In this document: piece by piece, positions 16,610 to 26,473 of the stretch
Numbering within the stretch: the first letter of the stretch is position 1
Layout: each line of letters begins with the position of its first letter
Made by a program: the position numbers and the translations under genes
Assembly: GCA_037444445.1 (NCBI GenBank)
Contig: JBBIMK010000009.1
Coordinates: 30,001 to 62,000, forward strand
Direction: 5' to 3'
DNA length: 32,000 bases
Origin: a bacterium
Lineage (GTDB): Bacteria > UBP7 > UBA6624 > JBBIMK01
The notes under the pieces: generated by a model
What the model was told of the DNA's origin: nothing
Seen by the model: the letters and a program-made list of their open reading frames with translations, nothing else
The model's database searches: none

Positions 16610-17752
16610 TCATGGGCTTTCCATTGCCTCCCGGGATGCCATCTCCAGTGCCTCTTCCACACCGCCGGCAGGACCTGCCGCGATGAGACGCTGGAGTTCC
16701 TTCGGATTATGGGCGGCAGCCATGGCAGTCTCCAGGGTTATCCTCCCGGAGAAATAATAATCTCGCAGACACTGGTCCATCGTCTGCATTCCTAATTTGG
16801 TGTGGGTCATCATGGTGGAGTGAATCTGATAGATTTTTTGCTCCCGAATCAGGTTCCGGACCGCCGGGATGTTGAGCATCACTTCAAAGGCAGCCAGGCG
16901 CCCCTTCCCATCCGCTGTGGGCAGAAGTTGCTGGGATAAAACGACCTCCAGGGCATTGGCTAACTGCGCCCGAACCTGGGATTGCTGATGTGCAGGAAAA
17001 ACATCAATGATGCGGTCAATGGATAACGGAGCATTGATGGTGTGGAGGGTGGAAAAAACCAGGTGTCCCGTCTCTGCAGCGGTAATGGCGGTAGAAATAG
17101 TTTCCAGATCCCGCATCTCCCCCACCAGAATCACATCCGGGTCCTGACGGAGCACCCTTCGCATGGCTTCCGCGAAGGAGAAAGTATGGTCGCCCACCTC
17201 CCGCTGATTCACATTGGCTTTTCCATGCGGAATCACATATTCAATCGGGTCTTCCATTGTGACCATGTGAAGAGGCTTGGTCTGGGAAATGACATTGAGC
17301 ATGGCAGCCAGGGATGTGGTTTTCCCGCTCCCCGTGGGACCGGTGACCAGAATCAGCCCCCGAGGAAGCATAATTTTCTCCTTCATAATCGGAGGAAGCA
17401 GGAGTTCATCCATGGTGGGAATGCGGCTGGGCAGCGCCCGAATAGCGAGGGTCACTCCCGTGCGGGTCAGGGATAGATTGCACCGAAACCGACCCAATCC
17501 CTCCTGCTCGTAGGAAAAGTCCAATTCCCTCTCGTTCTCAAACCGCTTCCTCCTCTCCTCCCGAATCATACTGTAAGCCAGTGCACGGGTATCCTCCGCG
17601 TCCAGCACCTCGTATTCTGTCAGGCGGACCAGGTTCCCCAGCACCCGAATCGTGGGAGGAAGGCCCGGCGTCAGATGCAAATCCGTGCCGTTGACTTCAT
17701 GAACCTTTACCAGCAGGTCCAGAACAGTATATTCGCCCACTCCCTTCGGCAT
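16610..17752 (-). CDS. pilT: Twitching-motility retraction ATPase PilT
   Basis: 380 aa: GTDLHL, Walker A GPTGSGKTTSLA, MEDPIEY, ILVGEMRD, STLHT, and a near-canonical PilT helix AVRNLIREQK. SD GGAGGTG lies 8 nt upstream. Confidence 0.93.
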   Translation of the reverse strand: MPKGVGEYTVLDLLVKVHEVNGTDLHLTPGLPPTIRVLGNLVRLTEYEVLDAEDTRALAYSMIREERRKRFENERELDFSYEQEGLGRFRCNLSLTRTGVTLAIRALPSRIPTMDELLLPPIMKEKIMLPRGLILVTGPTGSGKTTSLAAMLNVISQTKPLHMVTMEDPIEYVIPHGKANVNQREVGDHTFSFAEAMRRVLRQDPDVILVGEMRDLETISTAITAAETGHLVFSTLHTINAPLSIDRIIDVFPAHQQSQVRAQLANALEVVLSQQLLPTADGKGRLAAFEVMLNIPAVRNLIREQKIYQIHSTMMTHTKLGMQTMDQCLRDYYFSGRITLETAMAAAHNPKELQRLIAAGPAGGVEEALEMASREAMESP

Positions 17753-17770
17753 TTCAGCACCACCTCCATA

Positions 17771-19573
17771 TTACGAAATCAGGGGAGCCAGTTTCCGCGG
17801 CGCCTCCGCCAGACCGGGAACCCTCCGCTCGGGAACCCGTTCAGGTATTAACTCCAGAGCCCGTTCCTCGGGTGGAACCACCCGGAGCACTTCCTCCAGC
17901 GTCGTAATTCCCTCCAGGGCTTTGCGAACACCGTTTTCGTACAGGGTCCGCATTCCCTCCCGCATCGCCTGGCTCTTGATTTCCATGTGAGAAGCGCCCG
18001 ACAGAGCCATTTCCCGGATCCGGGGGCTCATCACCATAATTTCAAACAGGGCGGTTCGGCCCTTGTAGCCAATCCCGTTGCAGAACTTGCACCCCACCTT
18101 GTTATAAAGAATCACTTCCTCCGTTTCCTTCCGCCCCAGAACCTTCATCACCCCCGCTATCTTCTCCATCTCGTACGAAGAGGGATGGTAGGATTTCTTG
18201 CAATAAGGGCAGAGGACGCGAATCAAACGCTGGGCAACCGCCGCTATCAGTGTGGCATTCACCAGGTAGGGCTCCACGCCGATGTTCACCAGACGAATGA
18301 TGGATGAAGGTGCATCATTGGTGTGAAGGGTAGAAAAAACGAGGTGACCGGTCAGGGAAGATTGAATCGCCATCTCCGCCGTTTCGTAGTCCCGAATTTC
18401 CCCGATCATCATGATGTCCGGGTCGGAGCGGAGAAAGTGCCGGAGCGCCGAGGCGAAAGTCACTCCCACCTTCGTGTTCACCTGCACCTGATTCACCCGG
18501 TCAATTTCATACTCCACCGGCTCTTCAATGGTCATCACATTCACTTCATCGGTGGCAATTTTCATCAAAGAAGCATACAGCGTCGTGGTTTTCCCGCTCC
18601 CCGTAGGACCCGTGAGAAGGATAATCCCGTGAGGGCGGGAAATCAATGAGTTCCACACCTTCATCTCGTCCTCCGAGAACCCCAGGTCCACCAGGCTCAT
18701 CAACCCCACCGCCCGGTCCAGTATTCGCATGACAATTTTCTCCCCGTACACCGTAGGAACGGAAACCACACGCATATCAATCTCCCGGTCGGGCATCTGG
18801 AAAAAAATCCTCCCATCCTGAGGCTTTCGTCGCTCCGCCGTGTCCATCCCTGCAAGAATCTTGACCCGGGCCAGCGTAGCCGCTATGGCTTGCTTCGGGA
18901 TTTCCATCTGTGGTATCAAAATGCCGTCCACCCGGTACCGAACCTTCATTTTTTCTCTCCGGGGTTCCAGGTGGATGTCCGAAGCCCGGGAATTTACCGC
19001 TCCCGTAATCAGCGTGTCCACCAGCTTGACAATCGGGGCATCTTCTACCTCAAACTCTTTGGAAATCTGCTTGAGTTCCAGAAGGTCCAGCCCCTTTTCC
19101 CGCCGCTCCGCCACAAACTCTTTGATGGCTTTCTGCGCAGCGTGCTTCACCCCGTAGTGCTGTTCAAAGGCGTGCTTTAAAGCATCCAGGGTGGTGATAG
19201 CCGGGCGAACCTCATATCCAGTCGCCAGCCGTATGTCATCAATCGCAAGAAGATTCAGAGGGTCCACCATCGCCAGCACAAGCGTATTCCCCTCCAGTCG
19301 CACCGGAAAAACCTGATGCCGAAGAATCAGGTCGGGAGTAATCACCCCTTTCGTAATCAGCGCCTGGTCCACGGGCGTCTCAAACAGGTCAATCACCTCC
19401 ACACCCAGTTGATGGGAGAGGGTCCGGGTGATATCCTCCGGGGAAGCCATCGCCAGTTCCACAATCACCTCTCCCAGGCGCTTCCCCGTTTCCTGCTGGA
19501 CTTTCAGGGCACGCTCCAGGTCCTCGGCAGTAAGTAACCCTGCCTCCACCAGCAAATCACCTAATCTCTTCAT
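17771..19573 (-). CDS. pilB: Type IV pilus assembly ATPase PilB (GspE family) with an N-terminal MshEN-type domain
   Basis: 600 aa. N-terminal T2SSE_N-type repeats are present. Walker A GPTGSGKTTTL, IEEPVEY, IMMIGEIRD, STLHTND. Tetracysteine CPYC...CKFC zinc motif. Confidence 0.93.
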   Translation of the reverse strand: MKRLGDLLVEAGLLTAEDLERALKVQQETGKRLGEVIVELAMASPEDITRTLSHQLGVEVIDLFETPVDQALITKGVITPDLILRHQVFPVRLEGNTLVLAMVDPLNLLAIDDIRLATGYEVRPAITTLDALKHAFEQHYGVKHAAQKAIKEFVAERREKGLDLLELKQISKEFEVEDAPIVKLVDTLITGAVNSRASDIHLEPRREKMKVRYRVDGILIPQMEIPKQAIAATLARVKILAGMDTAERRKPQDGRIFFQMPDREIDMRVVSVPTVYGEKIVMRILDRAVGLMSLVDLGFSEDEMKVWNSLISRPHGIILLTGPTGSGKTTTLYASLMKIATDEVNVMTIEEPVEYEIDRVNQVQVNTKVGVTFASALRHFLRSDPDIMMIGEIRDYETAEMAIQSSLTGHLVFSTLHTNDAPSSIIRLVNIGVEPYLVNATLIAAVAQRLIRVLCPYCKKSYHPSSYEMEKIAGVMKVLGRKETEEVILYNKVGCKFCNGIGYKGRTALFEIMVMSPRIREMALSGASHMEIKSQAMREGMRTLYENGVRKALEGITTLEEVLRVVPPEERALELIPERVPERRVPGLAEAPRKLAPLIS

Positions 19574-19609
19574 CCCTTCTTCACCTGCCTCATCCTTATC
19601 CTCTTTCCC

Positions 19610-21814
19610 TCATCGTTTTTCCCGTCTCATTTTCATTGTAGCATCTTTTTTATTTCTGTCAACTCTTACATCCAGGTGCCTTATACCAGCCTGCAGTGCC
19701 ACCAGGGATTCGGGGGATGGAGGCTCTCCCCCATAAAAATACTTCTCCACACAGGTTAACAGCCCGTGAATTTCCCGCTCCGACGATGGTGAAACCCGGA
19801 GGACAGAAACCAGATACTCCCGATAGGTTGCCGAAGGCGAGCGCGGGAACCCGGCTTTCTTTTCCACCCTCCCCACCAGCGATAACAGCCTCTCCCGGAA
19901 AGAGGGCGAACGCGGAAAACGCCCACCCATAGATAAAATGACAGAATGGATATGGTGATAAGCATAAGGGAAAAAAAGAGGCAGCAGGAACGCAAGGATT
20001 AGAGGAACTTTTACCCGGTTGAACCAATTCCCAATAGGCCTCGCAAGCGTAGATACATAATACGACAGCGTGGCGGCGAGGAAAGCCAGACGGTCCTGAA
20101 AATAATTTCCCGGGCTGAGAGGGTTCACATCCCGGCTGAGACCCCCCACACCACCCGGGTTTGTCACGGAAACATTCTGCAAAACCTCAGGCGTGGGGTC
20201 CATCGTTATCCAGGCATAATTTGGGATATACGCTTCCACCCACGCATGGGCATCCTTATCCTTCAGCGTAAAACTCCCCTGCAAGAAATCATACTCCCCG
20301 CCCATATACCCACCCACCACTCGCGCAGGGATTCCCACCGCTCTTAACAGCACAGCCATCGCACTCGCATAAAACTCACAGTACCCACTCCGCCCCTCAA
20401 ACAAGAAATAATCCACCGCATCCCGGTCCCTCGGAATCCTCCCCAATTCCAGCTTGTACTGGTAACGCGGCGAATTCAGGAATCTCCGTATCGCCTCCAT
20501 CTTCTCATAAGCGGAAGCAAAGCCGTCCGTAATCTCGTGCGCCAGCGCATAAACCCGCTCAGGAACCTCAGGCAATTCCAGATACCGCCTCAGGACCATG
20601 GCCTCCCTGGAGGGTAGTGAATCCACCCGATAAATTTTCAGGGTCGTCTCATCCGTCTTCACCACATACGACTCTACGGAGTAAGAATACCCCGGGTTTA
20701 ACACAAAAGAGGTTCGCAACGACCCCTCCCGGTCCGACGACACGAAACTACCCTCCTGGCGGTGAAATGAAAACGGTAACCTCACCGAAACGGGCTCCCA
20801 CAGGGCAAACAGCACATTCGGGTGAGGTTTCAACACCCGAAAAGTAGTTCTCACCCTTTCATATTCGTAATCCCGCTCCTCATCAGGCTCTATCAGAGGA
20901 ATATACCCCTTTTCCGAGTCAACCGAATGAGGTGTCAGGGGCGAATGCGAGGGGATTTCCCATCCCCTGCCCGTATAAGTCGTGAACACCAGCCCGCGGA
21001 AATACCCCGCAAAAGGAGCAGAAACCTCCATCGCAGGCTCCTCCGACAGGTGGATACTTTCCCCCGATGCCAGTTGCAAGTAAGGCGAGAAGCCCGAATA
21101 CCGCACATAAGCGGGAGGCAGGTCATCCGAAAAATTTAACGGCACAAGACTTCCAATGGTTCCGCCGGCAGAGGTGGGTCCAGCCAGCAACACCAGAGAC
21201 TCACCCCGGGGAATCTTCGCTACCATCAAGAACACAATAGATGAAAGCAGAAAAGCCCATAGAAAAATGTTCAACCCCAGGCGGAAGAAGACGGGCACAG
21301 TCCATTTCTCTCGCTTCTCCAGATTTTTCTGAAAACCTCCCCGTTGGATAAACATAGTGGATTCCCCAAAGATGACCAGTAGCAGGCTTGCCAGCCCCAG
21401 AATCGCAAAAAGTATCCCCGTAAAATTATAAAGGGATAGACCCCCGGTGAACAGCGACACCGCTACAGGAAACGACAGGAAAAATAGCACATCCTGAAGG
21501 GTAAATAACCGGAGGAGAAAAACTATCAACAGCCAGGGAACCAGCCGGCCGATATAGAGATAAAAGTTACCAAAATCCTTCACCCCCTGATAAGTATAGT
21601 AAGTGAACAAAAGGAAGGAACAAATTTCTCCCAGTATCCGAACCCACTTGTGCAGTGAGCGAGGAATGAACAGGCTGAGAAAAAAACTGCCGTTCATCAG
21701 GGCATAGAGAAGGATTGCCTCATAGGGCTTGTAGGAAAGCGCCAGAAACACCAGCGCAAAACACAAAGAGGAAATCACCCATACCAGCACATACTGGAGG
21801 GTGGAAATGGGCAT
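19610..21814 (-). CDS. Membrane transglutaminase-like protein (TgpA-like: N-terminal polytopic domain, transglutaminase core, C-terminal TM tail)
   Basis: The core keeps an intact Cys/His/Asp arrangement: EGRSGYCEFYASAMAVLLRAVGIPARVVGGY, KDAHAWVEAY, ITMDPT. The start is uncertain. ATG 21814 has AAAGGG 9 nt upstream. ATG 21862 has AGGAGG directly abutting the ATG. GTG 22033 from the ORF track would overlap the upstream gene by 194 nt. Confidence 0.85.
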   Translation of the reverse strand: MPISTLQYVLVWVISSLCFALVFLALSYKPYEAILLYALMNGSFFLSLFIPRSLHKWVRILGEICSFLLFTYYTYQGVKDFGNFYLYIGRLVPWLLIVFLLRLFTLQDVLFFLSFPVAVSLFTGGLSLYNFTGILFAILGLASLLLVIFGESTMFIQRGGFQKNLEKREKWTVPVFFRLGLNIFLWAFLLSSIVFLMVAKIPRGESLVLLAGPTSAGGTIGSLVPLNFSDDLPPAYVRYSGFSPYLQLASGESIHLSEEPAMEVSAPFAGYFRGLVFTTYTGRGWEIPSHSPLTPHSVDSEKGYIPLIEPDEERDYEYERVRTTFRVLKPHPNVLFALWEPVSVRLPFSFHRQEGSFVSSDREGSLRTSFVLNPGYSYSVESYVVKTDETTLKIYRVDSLPSREAMVLRRYLELPEVPERVYALAHEITDGFASAYEKMEAIRRFLNSPRYQYKLELGRIPRDRDAVDYFLFEGRSGYCEFYASAMAVLLRAVGIPARVVGGYMGGEYDFLQGSFTLKDKDAHAWVEAYIPNYAWITMDPTPEVLQNVSVTNPGGVGGLSRDVNPLSPGNYFQDRLAFLAATLSYYVSTLARPIGNWFNRVKVPLILAFLLPLFFPYAYHHIHSVILSMGGRFPRSPSFRERLLSLVGRVEKKAGFPRSPSATYREYLVSVLRVSPSSEREIHGLLTCVEKYFYGGEPPSPESLVALQAGIRHLDVRVDRNKKDATMKMRREKR

Positions 21815-21839
21815 CTGCCACAGCCCTTTCCCCCTTTGT

Positions 21840-23108
21840 TTATCCAGAATAGAGTAAGTCATCCTCCTGTGATAAAGTATACACCCTGGCTCCCCCGGAT
21901 GCAACCTGCTGGAGAAACTTCTGCACAGGGTCCCGAGGGAGAGAGAGAGGAGAAATCTTGCCTGAATCCGCCCCCCCACCGGAACGAAAAGCCTCGGGAT
22001 TGATGTAAAAAAAGGATACAGAAGCCACAACACAACTGAGGTGATGGAGAATCGGAATCATTTCCTCCCTGATGCTGGAGGTGAATAAAAGGAGATGAAG
22101 GTTGGGAGAACGAAGATGAGACAGGAGGCGGAGAAGCACGGTAGAGAAGGGGTTAGAGCCTTTTCCCTGAATGCAGGCTAATTTTTGGAAGGCCACAAGA
22201 AGGGAGGCAGGTCCCGAAGCAAGGGTGAAATCCATTCCATCCGGCTCATCAAAATAAACACTCCCCAGTGCACCCGTAGAGAAATAGTAATGCGCCACGG
22301 AAGCGGCAGAGCGAATAGCCACCTCCAGGGTATTCCGGGGACCATCCCCCAGAATTTGATGGGGGTCCACATCCACCACGATTAAGAAATTCCCCCCCAT
22401 TTCCCTGAGGAACTGTTTCAGGACCGGGAAACCCAATCGGGCGGAGGTGAGCCAGTGAATATTCTTAAATGGGTCCCCCGGGACATACGGACGCAGTCCG
22501 ATGAATTCATCCCCCGCTCCTTCCAGGGATACGCTGGGTCGCAGAGGAAGCGGTGAGCCCCCGCCCGCTTCCAGGGGAAAAGAGGTGAGAATGAGAAACC
22601 GAGGATACACGGTGAATGCCCGTTCTATCCGGAATATCTCCTGCACCTGATATAACTTCATCGGGTCCTGCGATTCCAGAACTATAGTGGAAAACGGATA
22701 GATTCCCCGACGCACACTCCGAAGGCTGAAAGGATAACGCACCTCCTCCCCTTTCTGAATCCGGGCAAGATGAATTTCCAGCGGCGACTCTATATAGGGC
22801 GCCTGAAAACTCACTTTTAACAGAATCTTCTGAAGTGGCGTGTGATTCCGCACCACCACTTCACCCTGAAAACTATGCCCCTCTACATTCCCCTCCGGAA
22901 CCCGCAGGTCCACACTCACTCCCCGGAGACTCCGAGTCACCCAGATGAAGGCGATGATGTGTAAAGCCACGAAGAAAGATAGCACCGCATCCAGCGTTTC
23001 CACAGCAGCACTCGTAACAGACAGCACAAAGATAAAAAGGGCAATGAGCAAAAGAGAAATCCCCCGGGGTGCTATGAAATACCGGGTCCTATGCGATGGG
23101 AACTTCAT
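21840..23108 (-). CDS. DUF58-family protein (vWA-like, MoxR partner)
   Basis: 422 aa with two N-terminal TM helices. DUF58 signature: GDEFIGLRPYVPGDPFKNIHWLTSARLGFPVLKQF...FLIVVDVD. It overlaps the MoxR stop by 20 nt. Confidence 0.85.
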   Translation of the reverse strand: MKFPSHRTRYFIAPRGISLLLIALFIFVLSVTSAAVETLDAVLSFFVALHIIAFIWVTRSLRGVSVDLRVPEGNVEGHSFQGEVVVRNHTPLQKILLKVSFQAPYIESPLEIHLARIQKGEEVRYPFSLRSVRRGIYPFSTIVLESQDPMKLYQVQEIFRIERAFTVYPRFLILTSFPLEAGGGSPLPLRPSVSLEGAGDEFIGLRPYVPGDPFKNIHWLTSARLGFPVLKQFLREMGGNFLIVVDVDPHQILGDGPRNTLEVAIRSAASVAHYYFSTGALGSVYFDEPDGMDFTLASGPASLLVAFQKLACIQGKGSNPFSTVLLRLLSHLRSPNLHLLLFTSSIREEMIPILHHLSCVVASVSFFYINPEAFRSGGGADSGKISPLSLPRDPVQKFLQQVASGGARVYTLSQEDDLLYSG

Positions 23109-24027
23109 GAAGAAGAGCCGTGAGAACCTCTTTCTCCGTAAGACCGGAGACCTTCAGATGAGGCTTCAGATACACCCTGTGGGAGAGCAGTGGGACAAAA
23201 AGTTCTTTCACATCGTCCGGAATCACATACTCCCTGCCCCGAAGAAAAGCCAGAGCCTGAGAAGTGCGTAATAGCCCCAGGGCACCCCGAGGACTGGCCC
23301 CCAGCAGAAAATCCCCGTGCCTGCGAGTGGCATCCCCTAACGCCACGATGTATTCCAGAATGGAACCCGACACCTTAATATGCCGTATCGCCCTCTGTAG
23401 TTCCAGAATCTCTTCCTTCCCTACCACTGGAGTTATCGTGGTGATAGGGTGCTGAAGCATCTGGTCTAACAACATTTGCACCTCTTTCTCCGGGGGGAGA
23501 TAGCCCAGGGAAATCCGCATCATAAACCGGTCCAGTTGTGCCTCCGGTAGCTTATACACCCCTTGATATTCCACCGGGTTCTGCGTGGCAACAACGAAAA
23601 AGGGGTCATCCAGAGGTGTGGTAATTCCCTCCACCGTCACTTGATGTTCTTCCATCGCTTCCAGGAGAGAGGATTGAGTCCGAGGCGTTGCCCGATTGAT
23701 TTCATCCGCCAGGAGAATATGAGTGAAGATAGGCCCCTTTTTGAAGTCAAAATCACTGGTTTTCTGATTATAAATGTAAGCGCCCGTGATGTCCGAAGGC
23801 AAGAGGTCTGGCGTCAATTGAATCCGCCGAAAGGTGAGTTGGGTGGAAAGGGCAAGGGCTTTGGCCAGTGTGGTTTTCCCGGTCCCGGGCACATCTTCAA
23901 TCAGAAGATGTCCACCCGCAAGGAAGCAAACGAGGCACTGCTCCACGACAGAGTCTTTCCCGATAATCACCCGCTGAACAGAATTTTTCAGCTGGGAAGC
24001 GAGAGCGAATCCCTGGTCCCAGTTCAA
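23089..24027 (-). CDS. MoxR-family AAA+ ATPase
   Basis: 312 aa: VIIGKD..VEQCLVCFLAGGHLLIEDVPGTGKTTLAKALA (Walker A), ILLADEINRATPRTQSSLLEAMEEHQVTVEG (Walker B / sensor), FFVVATQNP.E..G.Y.LPEAQLDRF. TTG start at 24027 lies 7 nt after GAGGAGG. Confidence 0.92.
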   Translation of the reverse strand: MNWDQGFALASQLKNSVQRVIIGKDSVVEQCLVCFLAGGHLLIEDVPGTGKTTLAKALALSTQLTFRRIQLTPDLLPSDITGAYIYNQKTSDFDFKKGPIFTHILLADEINRATPRTQSSLLEAMEEHQVTVEGITTPLDDPFFVVATQNPVEYQGVYKLPEAQLDRFMMRISLGYLPPEKEVQMLLDQMLQHPITTITPVVGKEEILELQRAIRHIKVSGSILEYIVALGDATRRHGDFLLGASPRGALGLLRTSQALAFLRGREYVIPDDVKELFVPLLSHRVYLKPHLKVSGLTEKEVLTALLHEVPIA

Positions 24028-24042
24028 TCTCCTACCTCCTCA

Positions 24043-25458
24043 TCAATAGGCGCCCCGGGCTGACAGCACAGCCACCGGTGTCAAAAAAAGAATTTTCATA
24101 TCCAGCCAGGGCGTCCAGTTCTGGATATAATACAGGTCCAGCCTTACCCGCTGTTCATACGACAGGTCCGACCGTCCGCTCACCTGCCATAACCCGGTGA
24201 GTCCGGGTTTCACGGAAAGGAATAAACCTTCTGATGGAGCATAGCGGGGAAGTTCCTCGGGCACTACGGGCCGGGGTCCCACCAGACTCATCTCCCCCCG
24301 AAGAACATTCACTAACTGGGGTAACTCATCTAACGAATACTTCCGAAGAAATCTTCCGAGAATCGTCACCCTCGGGTCCTGCTTTAACTTGAATTGCTGT
24401 TGAAATTTCTCCGCCAGAGCGGGCTCCTGCTTCAGCATCTCCTCCGCCTCAGGAACCATCGTCCGAAACTTCCATAAAAAAATCGGCTTTCCCCCTTTCC
24501 CTATCCGCATCTGAAAATGGAATGGGCTCACTCGCACCTCCAGAAAAAGAAGTAAGGAAAGAAGAAGAAACAGCGGAAGGGAAACTATGAACAAAAAACT
24601 TCCCAGGGTGTAGTCCACCACTCCTTTGAAAATTTTTCCGGCAAAGGATGCATATAGACAGCGATGACTCATCAGAGGAATGCCCTCCAGTTCCTCAAAA
24701 GATAAGGTGGAAAACAAAAACCCTGTCACGGGGGGAGTGGCTTTCATCGGAAGACCGTGCTGGAAAGCAAAACGCACCACCTGCGCAAATCTCTCCTCAT
24801 CTCGCACGGGAACCACCAGCAATAGATGAGGTGAATCCTGCATCACCCTGGCTTCTAATCGCTCCATCAAAGTGTCCAGCGGCGCCCAGGAAACGGCAAT
24901 CACTTCCGCCCTCGGGTACATCCGCAAAAGTTTACGCTGAACCTCCTCGCCCCCCTCATCCTCTGAAAGAAACAGAACCTTCCACTGAGCCCGCCGATAA
25001 TGGGGTAATAGCCATCCATCTTTCAGAACAAGGAAGAGAAAAGAAAGCCCCCAGGAAACAACCAGCACTACGCGGGAAGGGTCAAGGGTGTTCAGAAAAA
25101 ATGCCAGTAGTGTGAGGGAAAAAAGCGCAAAAGTGGAGGCATGAAAATAATGCACCGCATTTTTTTTTAGATTAAAAAAGAAATTGTCTAATTCGTAAAA
25201 CCCGCTAAAAAGCAGGTAAATAAGCAGGAAAAAGGCAAACCCGAAGGCATGAAATAGATACCAGGGCAGGGGAGCGTAGGAGGGTGAGAAAAAACCAGCC
25301 AACAGCGAAAAACGAAGCCAGTAGGAGAAAAGAAAAGCCAGGAAGGAAACCAAAACATCCAGAACTATCCGATAACTCAAGTTATACCGGGTTGCCATGA
25401 GCGGATAGAAAACTGAAGAACCTTTCCCGAAAGACCTGCGGAGAAAACCTTCGCGCAT
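24043..25458 (-). CDS. Polyprenyl-phosphate sugar phosphotransferase (bacterial sugar transferase, WbaP/EpsB type)
   Basis: 471 aa with N-terminal TM helices. The C-terminal catalytic domain reads [12 protein letters not shown]....[37 protein letters not shown] 25458 has GGGAGGTG 10 nt upstream and overlaps the upstream gene by 77 nt. Confidence 0.9.
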   Translation of the reverse strand: MREGFLRRSFGKGSSVFYPLMATRYNLSYRIVLDVLVSFLAFLFSYWLRFSLLAGFFSPSYAPLPWYLFHAFGFAFFLLIYLLFSGFYELDNFFFNLKKNAVHYFHASTFALFSLTLLAFFLNTLDPSRVVLVVSWGLSFLFLVLKDGWLLPHYRRAQWKVLFLSEDEGGEEVQRKLLRMYPRAEVIAVSWAPLDTLMERLEARVMQDSPHLLLVVPVRDEERFAQVVRFAFQHGLPMKATPPVTGFLFSTLSFEELEGIPLMSHRCLYASFAGKIFKGVVDYTLGSFLFIVSLPLFLLLSLLLFLEVRVSPFHFQMRIGKGGKPIFLWKFRTMVPEAEEMLKQEPALAEKFQQQFKLKQDPRVTILGRFLRKYSLDELPQLVNVLRGEMSLVGPRPVVPEELPRYAPSEGLFLSVKPGLTGLWQVSGRSDLSYEQRVRLDLYYIQNWTPWLDMKILFLTPVAVLSARGAY

Positions 25459-26473
25459 AGTTCTGTAGCACCTCCCGGGAGTAGGAGGAGGAGGAGAAGG
25501 AGCGAACCGCAGACTCCAGAGATTGGGGAGTGGGGGCCGGGAACAGAACGCCCGTTTGACCGGGAATTACCGTTTCCACCGCCGCACCATCGGATAAAGC
25601 AATGACTGGTGTCCCCGCGGCCATGGCTTCCACAGCACACAGCCCGAAATCCTCTACTCCGGGAAAAATCAGGGCTTGCGCCCGGGCGTATAAGCCACGC
25701 AGAACATCTCGCTCCACCCAGCCCAGAAATTCTATATTCTTTCCCGCCTTCTGACGAAGAGTTGAACCCAGGGGGCCCTGCCCTACAATCTTCAAGGGCA
25801 ATCCCAGAGAATGGAAGGCTTCTATTGCCATTTCTACCCCTTTATACGGGACGAGTCGGGAGACCAGCAGAAAGTATTCCTCACGAGGCAAACAGCCCGC
25901 ACTGGCAAAAAACTCTACATCCACAGGAGGGTAAATCACCTCAGCAGGGCGGCGGTAGTACCGCTCAATCCGCTTCGCCACGAATTGCGAAATCGCCACA
26001 AACTCATCCACCCGATGGGAGGCCACCACATCCCACTGCCGTAGCGATGGGAAAAAAGAGGCAGCCAGCGGCCGCTTCCACACGGAGAGTGACGAAAGAT
26101 ACACATCCCGCTGGTCCCAGATATACCGCATGGGCGTGTAGCAGTAGCAGACATGAAACGACCGGGCAGGGGGAAGAACGCCCTTCGCCACACAGTGATT
26201 CCCGGTAATGACCAGGTCCACATCTTCTATCCGCAAACTCTCCACCGCCAGGGGGAATAGAGGAAGAAGATTCCGGTAATACCGATGGATGCCAGGGAAA
26301 TTCTGTAAAAATGAGGGGTGAACCCGATGAACCCCCAGGAATCGTTTCCATCGCCGGGGATGATAAAACAACACATACACCGATGCATTCGGGAAAAAAG
26401 TGAGAAAGTGTGACAGAACTTCTTCCGCACCACCGGGCTCCTCCAACCACTCATGAACCAGCGCGACCTTCAC
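25382..26473 (-). CDS. Glycosyltransferase, GT4 family (GT-B fold)
   Basis: 363 aa: MKVALVHEWL..GGAE N-terminus, LVSRLVPYKGV, and the E-x7-E region FPGVEDFGLCAVEAMAAGTPVIA. GTG start at 26473. Confidence 0.88.
   Translation of the reverse strand: MKVALVHEWLEEPGGAEEVLSHFLTFFPNASVYVLFYHPRRWKRFLGVHRVHPSFLQNFPGIHRYYRNLLPLFPLAVESLRIEDVDLVITGNHCVAKGVLPPARSFHVCYCYTPMRYIWDQRDVYLSSLSVWKRPLAASFFPSLRQWDVVASHRVDEFVAISQFVAKRIERYYRRPAEVIYPPVDVEFFASAGCLPREEYFLLVSRLVPYKGVEMAIEAFHSLGLPLKIVGQGPLGSTLRQKAGKNIEFLGWVERDVLRGLYARAQALIFPGVEDFGLCAVEAMAAGTPVIALSDGAAVETVIPGQTGVLFPAPTPQSLESAVRSFSSSSYSREVLQNYARRFSPQVFRERFFSFLSAHGNPV

Noticed and set aside
21815-22033. GTG 22033 as the start of the transglutaminase ORF (807-aa version in the ORF track)
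   Set aside because: It would overlap the DUF58 gene by 194 nt. The extra N-terminal 57-73 residues are not membrane-protein-like. Internal ATGs at 21862 or 21814 precede the first TM helix.
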